Source of the DNA: Narcine bancroftii
Lineage: Eukaryota
Assembly (NCBI RefSeq): GCF_036971445.1
Contig: NC_091473.1
Location: 57,598,001 to 57,662,000 of the forward strand
Reading direction: 5' to 3'
Length of the DNA: 64,000 bases
Made by a program: the position numbers and the translations under genes. A model generated the notes under the pieces. That model had not been told where the DNA came from, made no database searches, and worked only from the letters and a program-made list of their open reading frames with translations. Position 1 is the stretch's first letter, and the number at the start of each line of letters is the position of its first letter. Shown here piece after piece: positions 12,534 through 23,497 of this stretch.

Positions 12534-13776
12534 AACAAGGTCGGGTCAGATAGAGCAATGAGCTCTCTGAACCCTTCTCCCTTAACAATGGCGTGAAGCA
12601 AGGCTGTTTTCTCGCACCAACCCTCTTTTCAATCTTCTTCAGCATGATGCTGAACCAAGCCATGAAAGACCCCAACAATGAAGACGCTGTTTACATCCGG
12701 TACCGCACGGATGGCAGTCTCTTCAACCTGAGGCGCCTGCAAGCTCACACCAAGACACAAGAGCAACTTGTCCGTGAACTACTCTTTGCAGACGATGCCG
12801 CTTTAGTTGCCCAGTCAGAGCCAGCTCTTCAGCGCTTGACGTCCTGCTTTGCGGAAACTGCCAAAATGTTTGGCCTGGAAGTCAGCCTGAAGAAAACTGA
12901 GGTCCTCCATCAGCCAGCTCCCCACCATGACTACCAGCCCCCCCACATCTCCATCGGGCACACAAAACTCAAAACGGTCAACCAGTTTACCTATCTCGGC
13001 TGCACCATTTCATCAGATGCAAGGATCGACAATGAGATAGACAACAGACTCGCCAAGGCAAATAGCGCCTTTGGAAGACTACACAAAAGAGTCTGGAAAA
13101 ACAACCAACTGAAAAACCTCACAAAGATAAGCGTATACAGAGCCGTTGTCATACCCACACTCCTGTTCGGCTCCGAATCATGGGTCCTCTACCGGCACCA
13201 CCTACGCCTCCTAGAACGCTTCCACCAGCGTTGTCTCCGCTCCATCCTCAACATCCATTGGAGCGCTTTCATCCCTAACGTCGAAGTACTCGAGATGGCA
13301 GAGGTCGACAGCATCGAGTCCACGCTGCTGAAGATCCAGCTGCGCTGGATGGGTCACGTCTCCAGAATGGAGGACCATCGCCTTCCCAAGATCGTGTTAT
13401 ATGGTGAGCTCTCCACTGGCCACCGTGACAGAGGTGCACCAAAGAAAAGGTACAAGGACTGCCTAAAGAAATCTCTTGGTGCCTGCCACATTGACCACCG
13501 GCAGTGGGCTGATAACGCCTCAAACCGTGCATCTTGGCGCCTCACAGTTTGGCGGGCAGCAACCTCCTTTGAAGAAGACCGCAGAGCCCACCTCACTGAC
13601 AAAAGGCAAAGGAGGAAAAACCCAACACCCAACCCCAACCAACCAATTTTCCCCTGCAACCGCTGCAACCGTGTCTGCCTGTCCCGCATCGGACTTGTCA
13701 GCCACAAACGAGCCTGCAGCTGACGTGGACTTTTTACCCCCTCCATAAATCTTCGTCCGCGAAGCCAAGCCAAAGA
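12534..13776 (+). mobile_element. RTE (BovB-like) LINE, 5'-truncated, copy 2
   Basis: Contains the uninterrupted 376-codon ORF 12593-13723 and the family 3' end cgaagccaagccaaag. Confidence 0.97.
12593..13723 (+). pseudogene. RTE reverse transcriptase, C-terminal half (open but 5'-truncated)
   Basis: GVKQGC.LAPTLF, LLFADDAAL, FTYLG, and a terminal CxxC-x12-H-x3-C zinc-finger-like motif. Confidence 0.93.
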
Positions 13777-15704
13777 TATGCCATAGATGGCTTTTCTGGA
13801 AACACCATTTCTCAAACCTGCTGATTAGGTGTCAAGCATTATAACAATCCCAATCTTTATATTGTTGCACCAAATCAATTGGGAATTTTGATCTGCCCAC
13901 TATTTGCACTCTGACAGCTGGCTGCCAAGCAGCTGAGCATGTGGAAGATGTAGGGTAGTGTCCAAAGGAGAACTGTATGCTGAACTCTTGGGGCTGTTTA
14001 ATTCTGTCCTGATGTGTTTCATTTCTGGGTTTCTTTAAAAAAAACAAACCAGTAAATGAAAAGTGATGAATTTCTATCTTGCGTAGCTCAGTCTCATCTG
14101 TTTTCAAGGATAAGACCTTTGCAGATTTTCCAAATTCACTTTGAGTTATTTAGTACCTTAGCTGAGTTGCACCCTGGCAGATTATAAACTAATTTTATTT
14201 ATGAGAAAGTTTTGTAGATGTTAATTTTCTTCTGATTTACCAACAGTCCTTACTGTTCCTTCCTTTGATTATTCATAGCTGATGTCTAGAATGCAATCAG
14301 GGTGGGCCTTTAACTTAAAATATTCAGCTATGTTTGAACCACTACAGCACAGTACAATGTACAGTTGAGATGTCATGACATTGTTTTTTGTATATAGTTT
14401 GACTCTTCATAAAGTGGTCGTAAATTAAGTTCTTCAAGGAGGTCCTATTCAAAGGTCTTTCCATTCAATGTTGAGCATATACTTTAGGCATATGCCACGC
14501 ACCACCAGTCTCTTCTAGATTTTAGTATTCATAGTTAAGTAATTGATCTATATCTTCACAACAGGAATTAAAGAATTTGGATTCTTACATTGATGGAAAA
14601 GATAGCACATCCACAAAAATAAGAATGGTTAATGAAAAATGTGTGTACTTTCTACATATGACATTGGTGTTACTTTAATTATATCCAGAAACATTGAGAA
14701 AGTGAACATCAGTGGGGCTTTTACAAGAAAGGCAGACATGCAAACCTGGAATTCCATGCATGAAATACTTTGCACATGTTGGAAGTTTGTGGTTTCAAAT
14801 GAAATTACTCATTAAAAACTGTTCCTTGCCACTATCTGAAGTGTGTTTGGTTCTTCAACTGAAAATATTTACTTCAGGATTGCTTTTGACACAAGGGAGT
14901 GTTGGATAAACAAGTTATTGTCATAAACAGGAGGTGGAAATGGAAAAACATGCACTAGTCTGTACACTATTTATTCAGGACAGTGTGAATTTGCTTTCTT
15001 CCTTTTACTCCTTCAAATAAACATCGTTTTTTCTCAGTTTTTTTCTTTGAAAATGTGGCTTGGGAGAGAAATGGAAAATGTAATTTAGAGTGTTTGGAAT
15101 AAAAATCATGTTTATTATGAGTATGGGGAAAATAATACTGTAAACCAGAAAGCATTGATTCAATATGTGCCTTCTTTCAAAGAAGAACAAGCTCTCAAAT
15201 CCTTTTGTAAAATAAAAGGTAGCTTCTTTTGAAAGATGGTTCAGTTTGTGCTGCTCCATCTCTAGATGGTGACCCATCCCAAATAGAATGAGCTATTTTT
15301 AATTTTGGATTATTAAAAAGGCTGAAAATGTTTTCTAATTTGCATATCTACCAGTTAATTTCCCAAAAGACATAGCTATATTTACTACATTGAGATAAAA
15401 ATGTAATTTGAGTAGAGAAATAGTATTTTTATGCCTAGATCTGGTGTTCATTCCCTATACCTGATTAATTTTTTGATGATTGCTTGCTTGGATACCTCTG
15501 GAGTGGTTGCAATGAATCCTATTAGTGTCCTAAAAAAATTGGACTAGGTTTCCTTCCCTGCAGGACATTGATTCTTAAATGCAATAGTATATTTCCTTTT
15601 GATTTTTAATTCTTAGACGACTGGGTTCAATTACTTTTCTCTATACTGTCATACTTTCCATTTCTTTGGGATAAAGTGGCAGTCAATTTGCATGAGGTGA
15701 CATT

Positions 15705-16753
15705 TACCCCTTTCACATTTGCATCCCACTAAATTAGCCATTCACTATCCTGGGATAGGGAATGTGGGTTTGGCTTTTCACACTTAACCACTCCTAACTG
15801 GTACACTGAACGCTTTGCAAGGAGCTATCCCCGGGTTCAGGACTATTCTACCTTCTATTGGTGATGTCATGACGCATCGAGTAATGGTGGACCTGCCCTA
15901 AATCCTGATCAATGTATTATGATTTATATTTGAACAAAATTAATCATGCCTAATTATAACATAATTAAGCTTTATGTACAGCACAGTATGAGCCCTTCAG
16001 CTCCTGTTGTTGTTGTGCCGACCTATTTAAACCTTTATAAAGGACTGTGGGAAAGTACTAGCAATAACGGACAATTTTTAAACAGCATTGGAAAGTTGTT
16101 AGTGCTGTAGCACTCAATTTATATAGTCTGGGAAGGTTGGTAGCACTGTCATGTACAATTTATACAGCCTGGGAAATTTGGAGGCACTATTGCATACAAT
16201 TTATAAATCCCGCGGGGGGATAAAGTGATGGCAGATCTGCCCACCATGCCAGAGAAAGGGCTGTATGCACGGAGCATTCATGGAGGGATTTCTCTGCCAC
16301 ACAGTATTGTGGGAAGTCAGGTCTGCCATTGCTTTTCCCCATGGTCTTTATAAATTGTGCACTATAGCGCTACTAACTTTCACATGCTGTTTAAAAATTG
16401 TCTGTTATTGTTATTATTCTCCCTCTCCCTCTCCCCACCTCCCCCCCCCCCCGCTCAGAATTTTGCACAGCCAAGTTTATAACCTTCATTTTAATATTTT
16501 CTTCCTTCAAGTTCCTGCACTCACACAGGGTCATTACCATCCCACAATGCAATTACCCCTTTCACACTTGCCTGATTACAACGCCTGTATCTGCAGATGC
16601 CGGGGATTGTACTCGGGGTCGAGGCTGTCAATCCCCAGCATGAGGTGACATCTTCTGATGCCGGCGTTTAGCTGATTTTGCTTTCACATTAGACACTTTA
16701 AAGGCCGATTGACCGTTAATTCCTGGGATCACTTGCAAGTGTAAAAAGGGCCA
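15705..16753. mobile_element. Non-autonomous DNA transposon, probably PIF/Harbinger-like, with an internal palindromic tandem array
   Basis: Imperfect TIRs cccctttcacatttgca (15707) and tgcaagtgtaaaaaggg (16734-16750), 14/17 match. Internal TIR-like copy at 16557. Superfamily is inferred from the TIR sequence only. Confidence 0.6.
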
Positions 16754-18618
16754 TCTTTCTTTGGCTTGGCTTCGCGGATGAAGATTTATGGAGGGGTAAA
16801 TGTCCATGTCAGCTGCAGGCTCGTTTGTGGCTGACAAGTCCGATGCGGGACAGGCAGACACGGTTGCAGGGGAAAATTTGTTGGTTGGGGTTGGGTGTTG
16901 GGTTTTTCCTCCTTTGCCTTTTGTCAGTGAGGTGGGCTCTGCGGTCTTCTTCAAAGGAGGTTGCTGCCCACCGAACTGTGAGGCGCCAAGATGCACGGTT
17001 CGAGGCGATATCAGCTCACTGGCGGTGGTCAATGTGGCAGATACCAAGAGATTTCTTTAGGCAGTCTTGTACCTCTTCTTTGGTGCACCTCTGTCACGGT
17101 AGCCAGTGGAGAACTCGTCATATAACACGATCTTGGGAAGGCGATGGTCCTCCATTCTGGAGACGTGACCTACCCAGCGCAGTTGGATCTTCAACAGCGT
17201 GGATTCGATGCTGTCGGCCTCTGCCATCTCGAGTACTTCGATGTTAGGGATGAAGTCGCACCAATGAATGTTGAGGATGGAGCGGAGACAACGCTGGTGG
17301 AAGTGTTCTAGGAGCCGTAGATGATGCCGGTAGAGGACCCATGATTCGGAGCCGAACAGGAGTGTGGGTATGACAATGGCTCTGTATACACTTATCTTTG
17401 TGAGGTTTTTCAGTTGGTTGTTTTTCCAGACTCTTTTGTGTAGTCTTCCAAAGGTGCTATTTGCCTTGGTGAGTCTGTTGTCTATCTCGTTGTCGATCCT
17501 TGCATCTGATGAAATGGTGCAGCCGAGATAGATAAACTGGTTGACCGTTTTGAGTTTTGTGTGCCCGATGGAGATATGGGGGGGCTGGTAGTCATGGTGG
17601 GGAGCTGGCTGATGGAGGACCTCAGTCTTCTTCAGGCTGACTTCCAGGCCAAACATTTTGGCAGTTTCCGCAAAACAGGACGTCAAGCGCTGAAGAGCTG
17701 GCTCTGAATGGGCAACTAAAGCGGCATCGACTGCAAAGAGTAGTTCACGGACAAGTTGCTCTTGTGTCTTGGTGTGAGCTTGCAGGCGCCTCAGACTGAA
17801 GAGAATGCTATCCGTGCAGTACCGGATGTAAACAGTGTCTTCATTGTTGAGGTCTTTCATGGCTTGGTTCAGCATCATGCTGAAGAAGATTGAAAAGAGG
17901 GTTGGTGCGAGAACGCAGCCTTGCTTCACGCCATTGTTAATGGAGAAGGGTTCAGAGAGCTCATTGCTGTATCTGACCCGACCTTGTTGGTTTTCGTGCA
18001 GTTGGATAACCATGTTGAGGAACTTTGGGGGGCATCCGAGGCACTCTAGTATTTGCCAAAGCCCTTTCCTGCTCACAGTGTCGAAGGCTTTGGTGAGGTC
18101 AACAAAGGTGATGTAGAGTCCTTTGTTTTGTTCTCTGCACTTTTCTTGGAGCTGTCTGAGGGCAAAAGACCATGTCAGTAGTTCCTCTGTTTGCGCGAAA
18201 GCCGCACTGTGATTCTGGGAGAATATTCTCGGCGACACTAGGTATTATTCTATTTAGGAGAATCCTAGCGAAGATTTTGCCTGCAATGGAGAGCAGCGTG
18301 ATTCCCCTGTAGTTTGAGCAGTCTGATTTCTCGCCTTTGTTTTTGTACAGGGTGATGATGATGGCATCACGAAGGTCCTGAGGCAGTTTTCCTTGGTCCC
18401 AGCAAAGCTTGAAAAACTCATGCAGTTTGGCATGCAGAGTTTTGCCGCCAGCCTTCCAGACCTCTGGGGGGATTCCATCCATACCTGCTGCTTTGCCACT
18501 TTTCAGTTGTTCAATTGCCTTTTATGTCTCTTCCTGGGTGAGGACCTCATCCAGCTCTAGCCTTAGGGGCTGTTGAGGGAGCTGGAGCAGGGCGGAATCT
18601 TGGACTGAGCGGTTGGCA
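16754..18618 (-). mobile_element. RTE (BovB-like) LINE, 5'-truncated, copy 3 (longest, 1.87 kb)
   Basis: ORFs 18099-18482 (GMDGIPPEVWK...NYRGITLLSIAGKIFARI...PESQCGFR) and 17057-18238 cover the RT domain with frameshifts. Catalytic FADD is mutated to FAVD. 3' tail at 16754. Confidence 0.97.
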
Positions 18619-19084
18619 TAATATACAAATGCACTGAAAAACAAACTTGCAGCAGCTACTCTTACACGTAATAAATATCTACAATGTAGCATGAGTTAAA
18701 AAAAAAATAAAAAGTATATAGATAAATATTTACAGCTCTAGATGGGGCAAAAATATGTCATTATTTTTTAATAGTGCAGGCAGATCTTTGGTGGACCTGG
18801 AGTAATCTGCTAGATGTCCGCTCTTGCTGCACTTTGAAATAAAAAAAAACTTGGACATTTTAGATTAATCAGTGAGCTAATTCATTTAATGCTATCACAT
18901 ATTCTTTCAATTCATCATGCTGTGACCTTTCCAATAATTTAAGCCTTGTACCGTCTGGATTGTTGATGCCGAAATGATGGATGATTTCTGCGGTTTCATA
19001 GGTTACTTTAACATATACTTTGGAACATGAAAATGCCATCAAAGAATACAAAGCTTAACTCCTGCTGTGAGGAGAGAGTGAAAC

Positions 19085-19275
19085 ACAAAAGATTGCAGAG
19101 GCTGTAATTGTAGCAAAAAGACACAGAAACACTGGAGGAATTCAGCAGGTCTCGCAGTCTCGAGAGTAGGTAAAGATATATAACTGACGTTTGGGCCTGA
19201 GCCCTGAAGAACCCATGGATGTTGTGATTCTGAGACCTGAGTTCCTCCAGCATATTTTTTTTACTATAACTCCTG
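19085..19275. mobile_element. Short inverted-repeat element built from Penelope-like terminal sequence
   Basis: ctggaggaattcagcaggtctc (19132) is inverted relative to gagacctgagttcctccag (19232). The same terminal sequence ends the Penelope remnant at 49190. Confidence 0.6.
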
Positions 19276-21691
19276 CTGTAGCTTGTCCTCATGAAGCAAT
19301 AGGAAAAGTTACATTTCTGATGCCAAACCCATTGCTTTGAGCCGTAGCTCCACTGCTCGTTTTGGTTTGACGGTAAATCATACTTTATTTCCTAAAGCTC
19401 TATTTGAGCCTTGAGTACACAATATGAACTAATGCTTCCATGCCCCTTTGCAAGAGGATATCCTAATGAGGTCCATACTGTTCTTTAGAGCACAGCAGAT
19501 TGCAGATTACTATATCCTCACAGGTTGTCCCTGCTCTTTTGATTTGTATTCTTTACCATTTTCCCTTTTTTTAATATAAAATTAATTCTTTTGCAGTCTA
19601 TCGTGTACTTGTACATCTCAGTCCTTCACTGGTTGTAGAGATCTTTAGGCTTCAAGTTCTGTTGTATGCTAATAGAAAGCAATTGTTTAAAAGGATTCGC
19701 TTCATCTTGTCAACAACCTTATTTTCTCTTGTTGAATTGCACACTTCATCACTTGAACACTTCAGACTCTGTGCCTGCCCACCATATTTTACTGACACAT
19801 TATTTTTGTTCTTTTAAATCTTGGTTCAACCTGCCTACTGCACTATTTTAGTCTTTAATTGCCTTCAGAACAGACTAGACTCTGTGACGCTGTGCCAAGA
19901 GCAACACAGACAGTGGGGAATTTTGATTTTAAGGCAACGGTATGTCACATTGACTTGTTCTCTGCTCTTCACGGTCCATTCCATTTGTTTAGGTGGATTT
20001 AAGCACATAAGTAAAAGCAGCTCACTTGGCTTGGGCAGTTCTCTGTTGATGTTTATTGTTCTTGGGTCACTGAGCTGTTGTTTCAAATTAATTAACTGGC
20101 ATTACAGTCAACAGAAAGATAAAGGTTTAATGTCAGCAAAATGAACAACATTGAGATTTTCTTCATTGTTCTATAATTTTCTTGCTGCAGTTGAGCTTTC
20201 TGAGTTTCGTGTTCCAAGAGAACTGCTGGAGGTACCAATTTAATTGGTGACTGCTTCCCAGCGGATTGTGTACATAATCAAAATCTGCTTCATTTTAATT
20301 GTCTGTCATTCCAAGTTATTTTCAAGTTGAATTTTCTTCTTGTATGTTCTTATCCCTGCAAGAGTCCAGTGTTCTGCATTTTATATATATTTTTTTTTTT
20401 GCAGTATCTTCTGCTATTCAAAAAAAAGTAAGCCTTTGGATAATCCTGGGTGGGAATGTGTGAGGGGGAAAAAACATCAAATGTGCAGAGTTCAGCAATA
20501 GGGCAAGGGGCCTGGAGGGAATTTTGACAAGGGGAAGTGGTGGGTCTGGTGGGGAGTTGGGGGGGAGTTGGTTAGTTAAGAGGATACAAGCTGGAAACCT
20601 CAATCTTTGAAGACTGCTGTATGTTGGTAACAGCATATTAATGTCAGTTTTGTTCCATTCACAGCAGATTATTATCAAATTGCTTTCAGTAAAGAAGATT
20701 AAACTTCATTGTAGACATGACAATCAGAAATGTAATCAATTACTTTAAATAATGGAAGCTAAATTTTTTAAAGTTGAAGATTAAAGACCAAATGTGGTTT
20801 ATCTGTAGCCAAAGTGGTTTTTATGCAGACCTTCAGGTTTGTGATATTGTGACTAATCTCCTGTTTGTCGAGTTTTGGATAATTTTGACCAACTCAACGG
20901 TGTAACTCAATGCTGGAAATAAAAGGTGCTGAGCTGGACCACATTAATGCTGGTCAGAAATGTTCTGCTTGGCCTAATAATGCTTTGGCTGTACTCTGTT
21001 TGAACTCCGATCCTCATGAGATGGTCTCCTAAATCCTGGTTGAAATAGAAGTTCTGCAATATTAAAGGCAGCCAGTTGTGTCAGAGAGGTGTAAAATCAA
21101 AATGATGCCTGTGTTAAAGACATAAACATCGGGCAAGAAAATTGTTTTCGTGCAAAGAAACTCACGTGAAAGCAAAACAAAAGACATTTTAAAAGATGAT
21201 TGTTTTCCACCATTCTGGGAGCTGTCTCTCTGTTGCATTGCTTAGAACTGATGTGAGGCTGAACTGAAATAAAGACAGAATGGAGAGCCTATTGCTTATT
21301 GCAGAAATGAGTAGATTGTACTGTCACACTGAATCATGTCTTGTCGTAATTGTAGGGAACTAATCATTACTGTTTTTATCCTGGAGGGATGACTTATTTT
21401 GGAGATCTTTCATCTATAATATTTGCTGCCTTAATGAGCAAATTAAAGTTGCATTTAGCCTGAGCTTGAGTTATAATTATGACTTTAATTATGGTTTGGC
21501 AAAATTCTTTTATTGGTATTTTATTGGTAATTGCCATGTTGGTGAAATTGTATGGCCATGTTTACTAAGCAGCAGTTTAATATAATGGAATATGAAATTA
21601 TCAGTTGTGAACTGTTTCATATTTTTATTGGATTGTTTTTTTCATTTAAGCCTGATTTGTTGAATCATTATTTCAGAAGCTTTTGGATCAC

Positions 21692-21960
21692 TGTTCATTT
21701 TAGATGAATAAAAACACACTGAACTGCAGGAAGAACACAGCTGATCTTTCATGTACCTTTATTTGTTGCTTTAATACCATACTCACAGTTTTAAAAAAAA
21801 CGAGACAGCATGCTCAGTGACCAAAGTGTTACATAAACAACTTACAGGGCTACAACACAGCAAGGTACAACAGCACTATAACCAAGAGGCCGCTGCGAGT
21901 GACAGTCACGCCACCATCTTGAAAACACGACCGGTACTATATCCTCACAGGAATTGAACA
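21692..21960 (-). mobile_element. Candidate solo LTR (269 bp), family unknown
   Basis: Terminal inverted repeat tgttcattt / aattgaaca (8/9 match); flanks tcac/tcat as a near-perfect 4-bp TSD; AATAAA on the - strand at 21758-21763; locally CpG-rich. Confidence 0.5.
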
Positions 21961-22056
21961 TCATAATTTAAACTAGTTCTCTTCCACTTACAAACTACAA
22001 TTGCACAAACTCATTAGAATATATATGTGTGTGTATATATGTGTGTGTATATATAT

Positions 22057-23073
22057 CTACTCTTTGCAGACGATGCCACTTTAGTTGCCCATTCAGAGCC
22101 AACTCTTCAGTGCTTGACGTCCTGTTTTGCGGAAACTGCCAAAATGTTTGGCCTGGAAGTCAGCCTGAAGAAAACTGAGGTCCTCCATCAGCCAGCTCCC
22201 CACCATGACTACCAGTCCTCCCACATCTCCATCGGGCACACAAAACTCAAGACGGTCAACCAGTTTACCTATATCGGCTGCACCATTTCATCGGATGCAA
22301 GGATCGACAATGAGATAGACAACAGACTCGCCAAGGCAAATAGCGCCTTTGGAAGACTACACAAAAGAGTCTGGAAAAACAACCAACTGAAAAACCTCAC
22401 AAAGATTAGTGTATACAGAGCTGTTGTCATACCCACACTCCTGTTTGGCTCCGAATCATCGGTCCTCTACCGGCATCACCTACGGCTCCTAGAACGCTTC
22501 CACCAGCGTTGTCTCCGCTCCATCCTCAACATTCATTGGAGTGACTTCATCTCCAACATTGAAGTACTCGAGATGGCAGAGGCTGACAGCATCGAATCCA
22601 CGCTGCTGAAGATCCAACTGCGCTGGGTAGGTCACGTCTCCAGAATGGAGGACCATCGCCTTCCCAAGATCGTGTTATATGGTGAGCTCTCCACTGGCCA
22701 CCTTGACAGAGGTGCACCAAAGAAGAGGTACAAGGACTGCCTAAAGAAATCTCTTGGTGCCTGCCACATTGACCACCGCCAGTGGGCTGATATCGCCTCA
22801 AACCATGCATCTTGGCGCCTCACAGTTCGGCGGGCAGCAACCTCCTTTGAAGAAGACCGCAGAGCCCACCTCACTTACAAAAGACAAAGGAGGAAACACA
22901 CAACACCCAACCCCAACCAACCAATATTCCCTTGCAATCGCTGCAACTGTGTCTGCCTGTCCTGCATCGGACTTGTCAGCCACAAACGAGCCTGCAGCTG
23001 ACGTGGACATTACCCCTCCATAAATCTTCGTCCGCGAAGCCAAGTCAAAGAAGAAAAGAAAGAAAAAGAAGAA

Positions 23074-23074
<1 letters not shown>
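22057..23074 (+). mobile_element. RTE (BovB-like) LINE, 5'-truncated, copy 4, inserted in a TA/TG microsatellite
   Basis: ORF 22027-23001 from LLFADD onward; (GAA/GAAA)n tail; flanked by (TA/TG)n at 22019-22056 and (TA)n at 23078-23107. Confidence 0.97.
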
Positions 23075-23115
<41 letters not shown>

Positions 23116-23176
23116 TTTTATAAACTGTGTTCTAATACATTAATAGTCAGAGACTAGGCAGAGGGCAGGTTGCGAT

Positions 23177-23379
23177 TGTTGGGTGCTATCAGTTGCCCCA
23201 ATAATTACGGAGACAAGGACTGAGAGGAACAATAGGCTTTATTATATAAGAGACTGCTGGCCTGGGTCCAAGGCTAGGGAAAATGAGGAGAGGGAGAGGG
23301 GGCTCAACCTTAATGGCCTGGGTCACATAGTGGAGACCAGGGAAGAGCCAAGGACAGTACACACAGCCATATCACCACA
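23177..23379 (-). repeat. 3' LTR of Gypsy element
   Basis: About 90-93% identical by eye to 27405-27631, with a ~27-bp internal deletion. Confidence 0.93.
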
Positions 23380-23497
23380 TTCACCTCCTCTTTTTAAAAT
23401 AGAACACACCGGGAACACAGAGAACCGGGGGTAGCAAACAACAATAATGATAACATAATAACAATAAAGGTTCTCGGAAAACGGACGATCCCTTCGA

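Noticed and set aside
13275-13815. Recurring antisense and alternative-frame ORFs (e.g. MHGLRRYQP..., MWLTSPM..., MASRTKIYGG...) in every RTE copy
   Set aside because: They recur only because the copies are near-identical and GC-rich; these are shadow ORFs with no independent evidence.
22027-22056. Apparent novel N-terminus (MCVYMCVYIY) on the RTE ORF
   Set aside because: It is translation of the flanking TA/TG microsatellite, not a real fusion.
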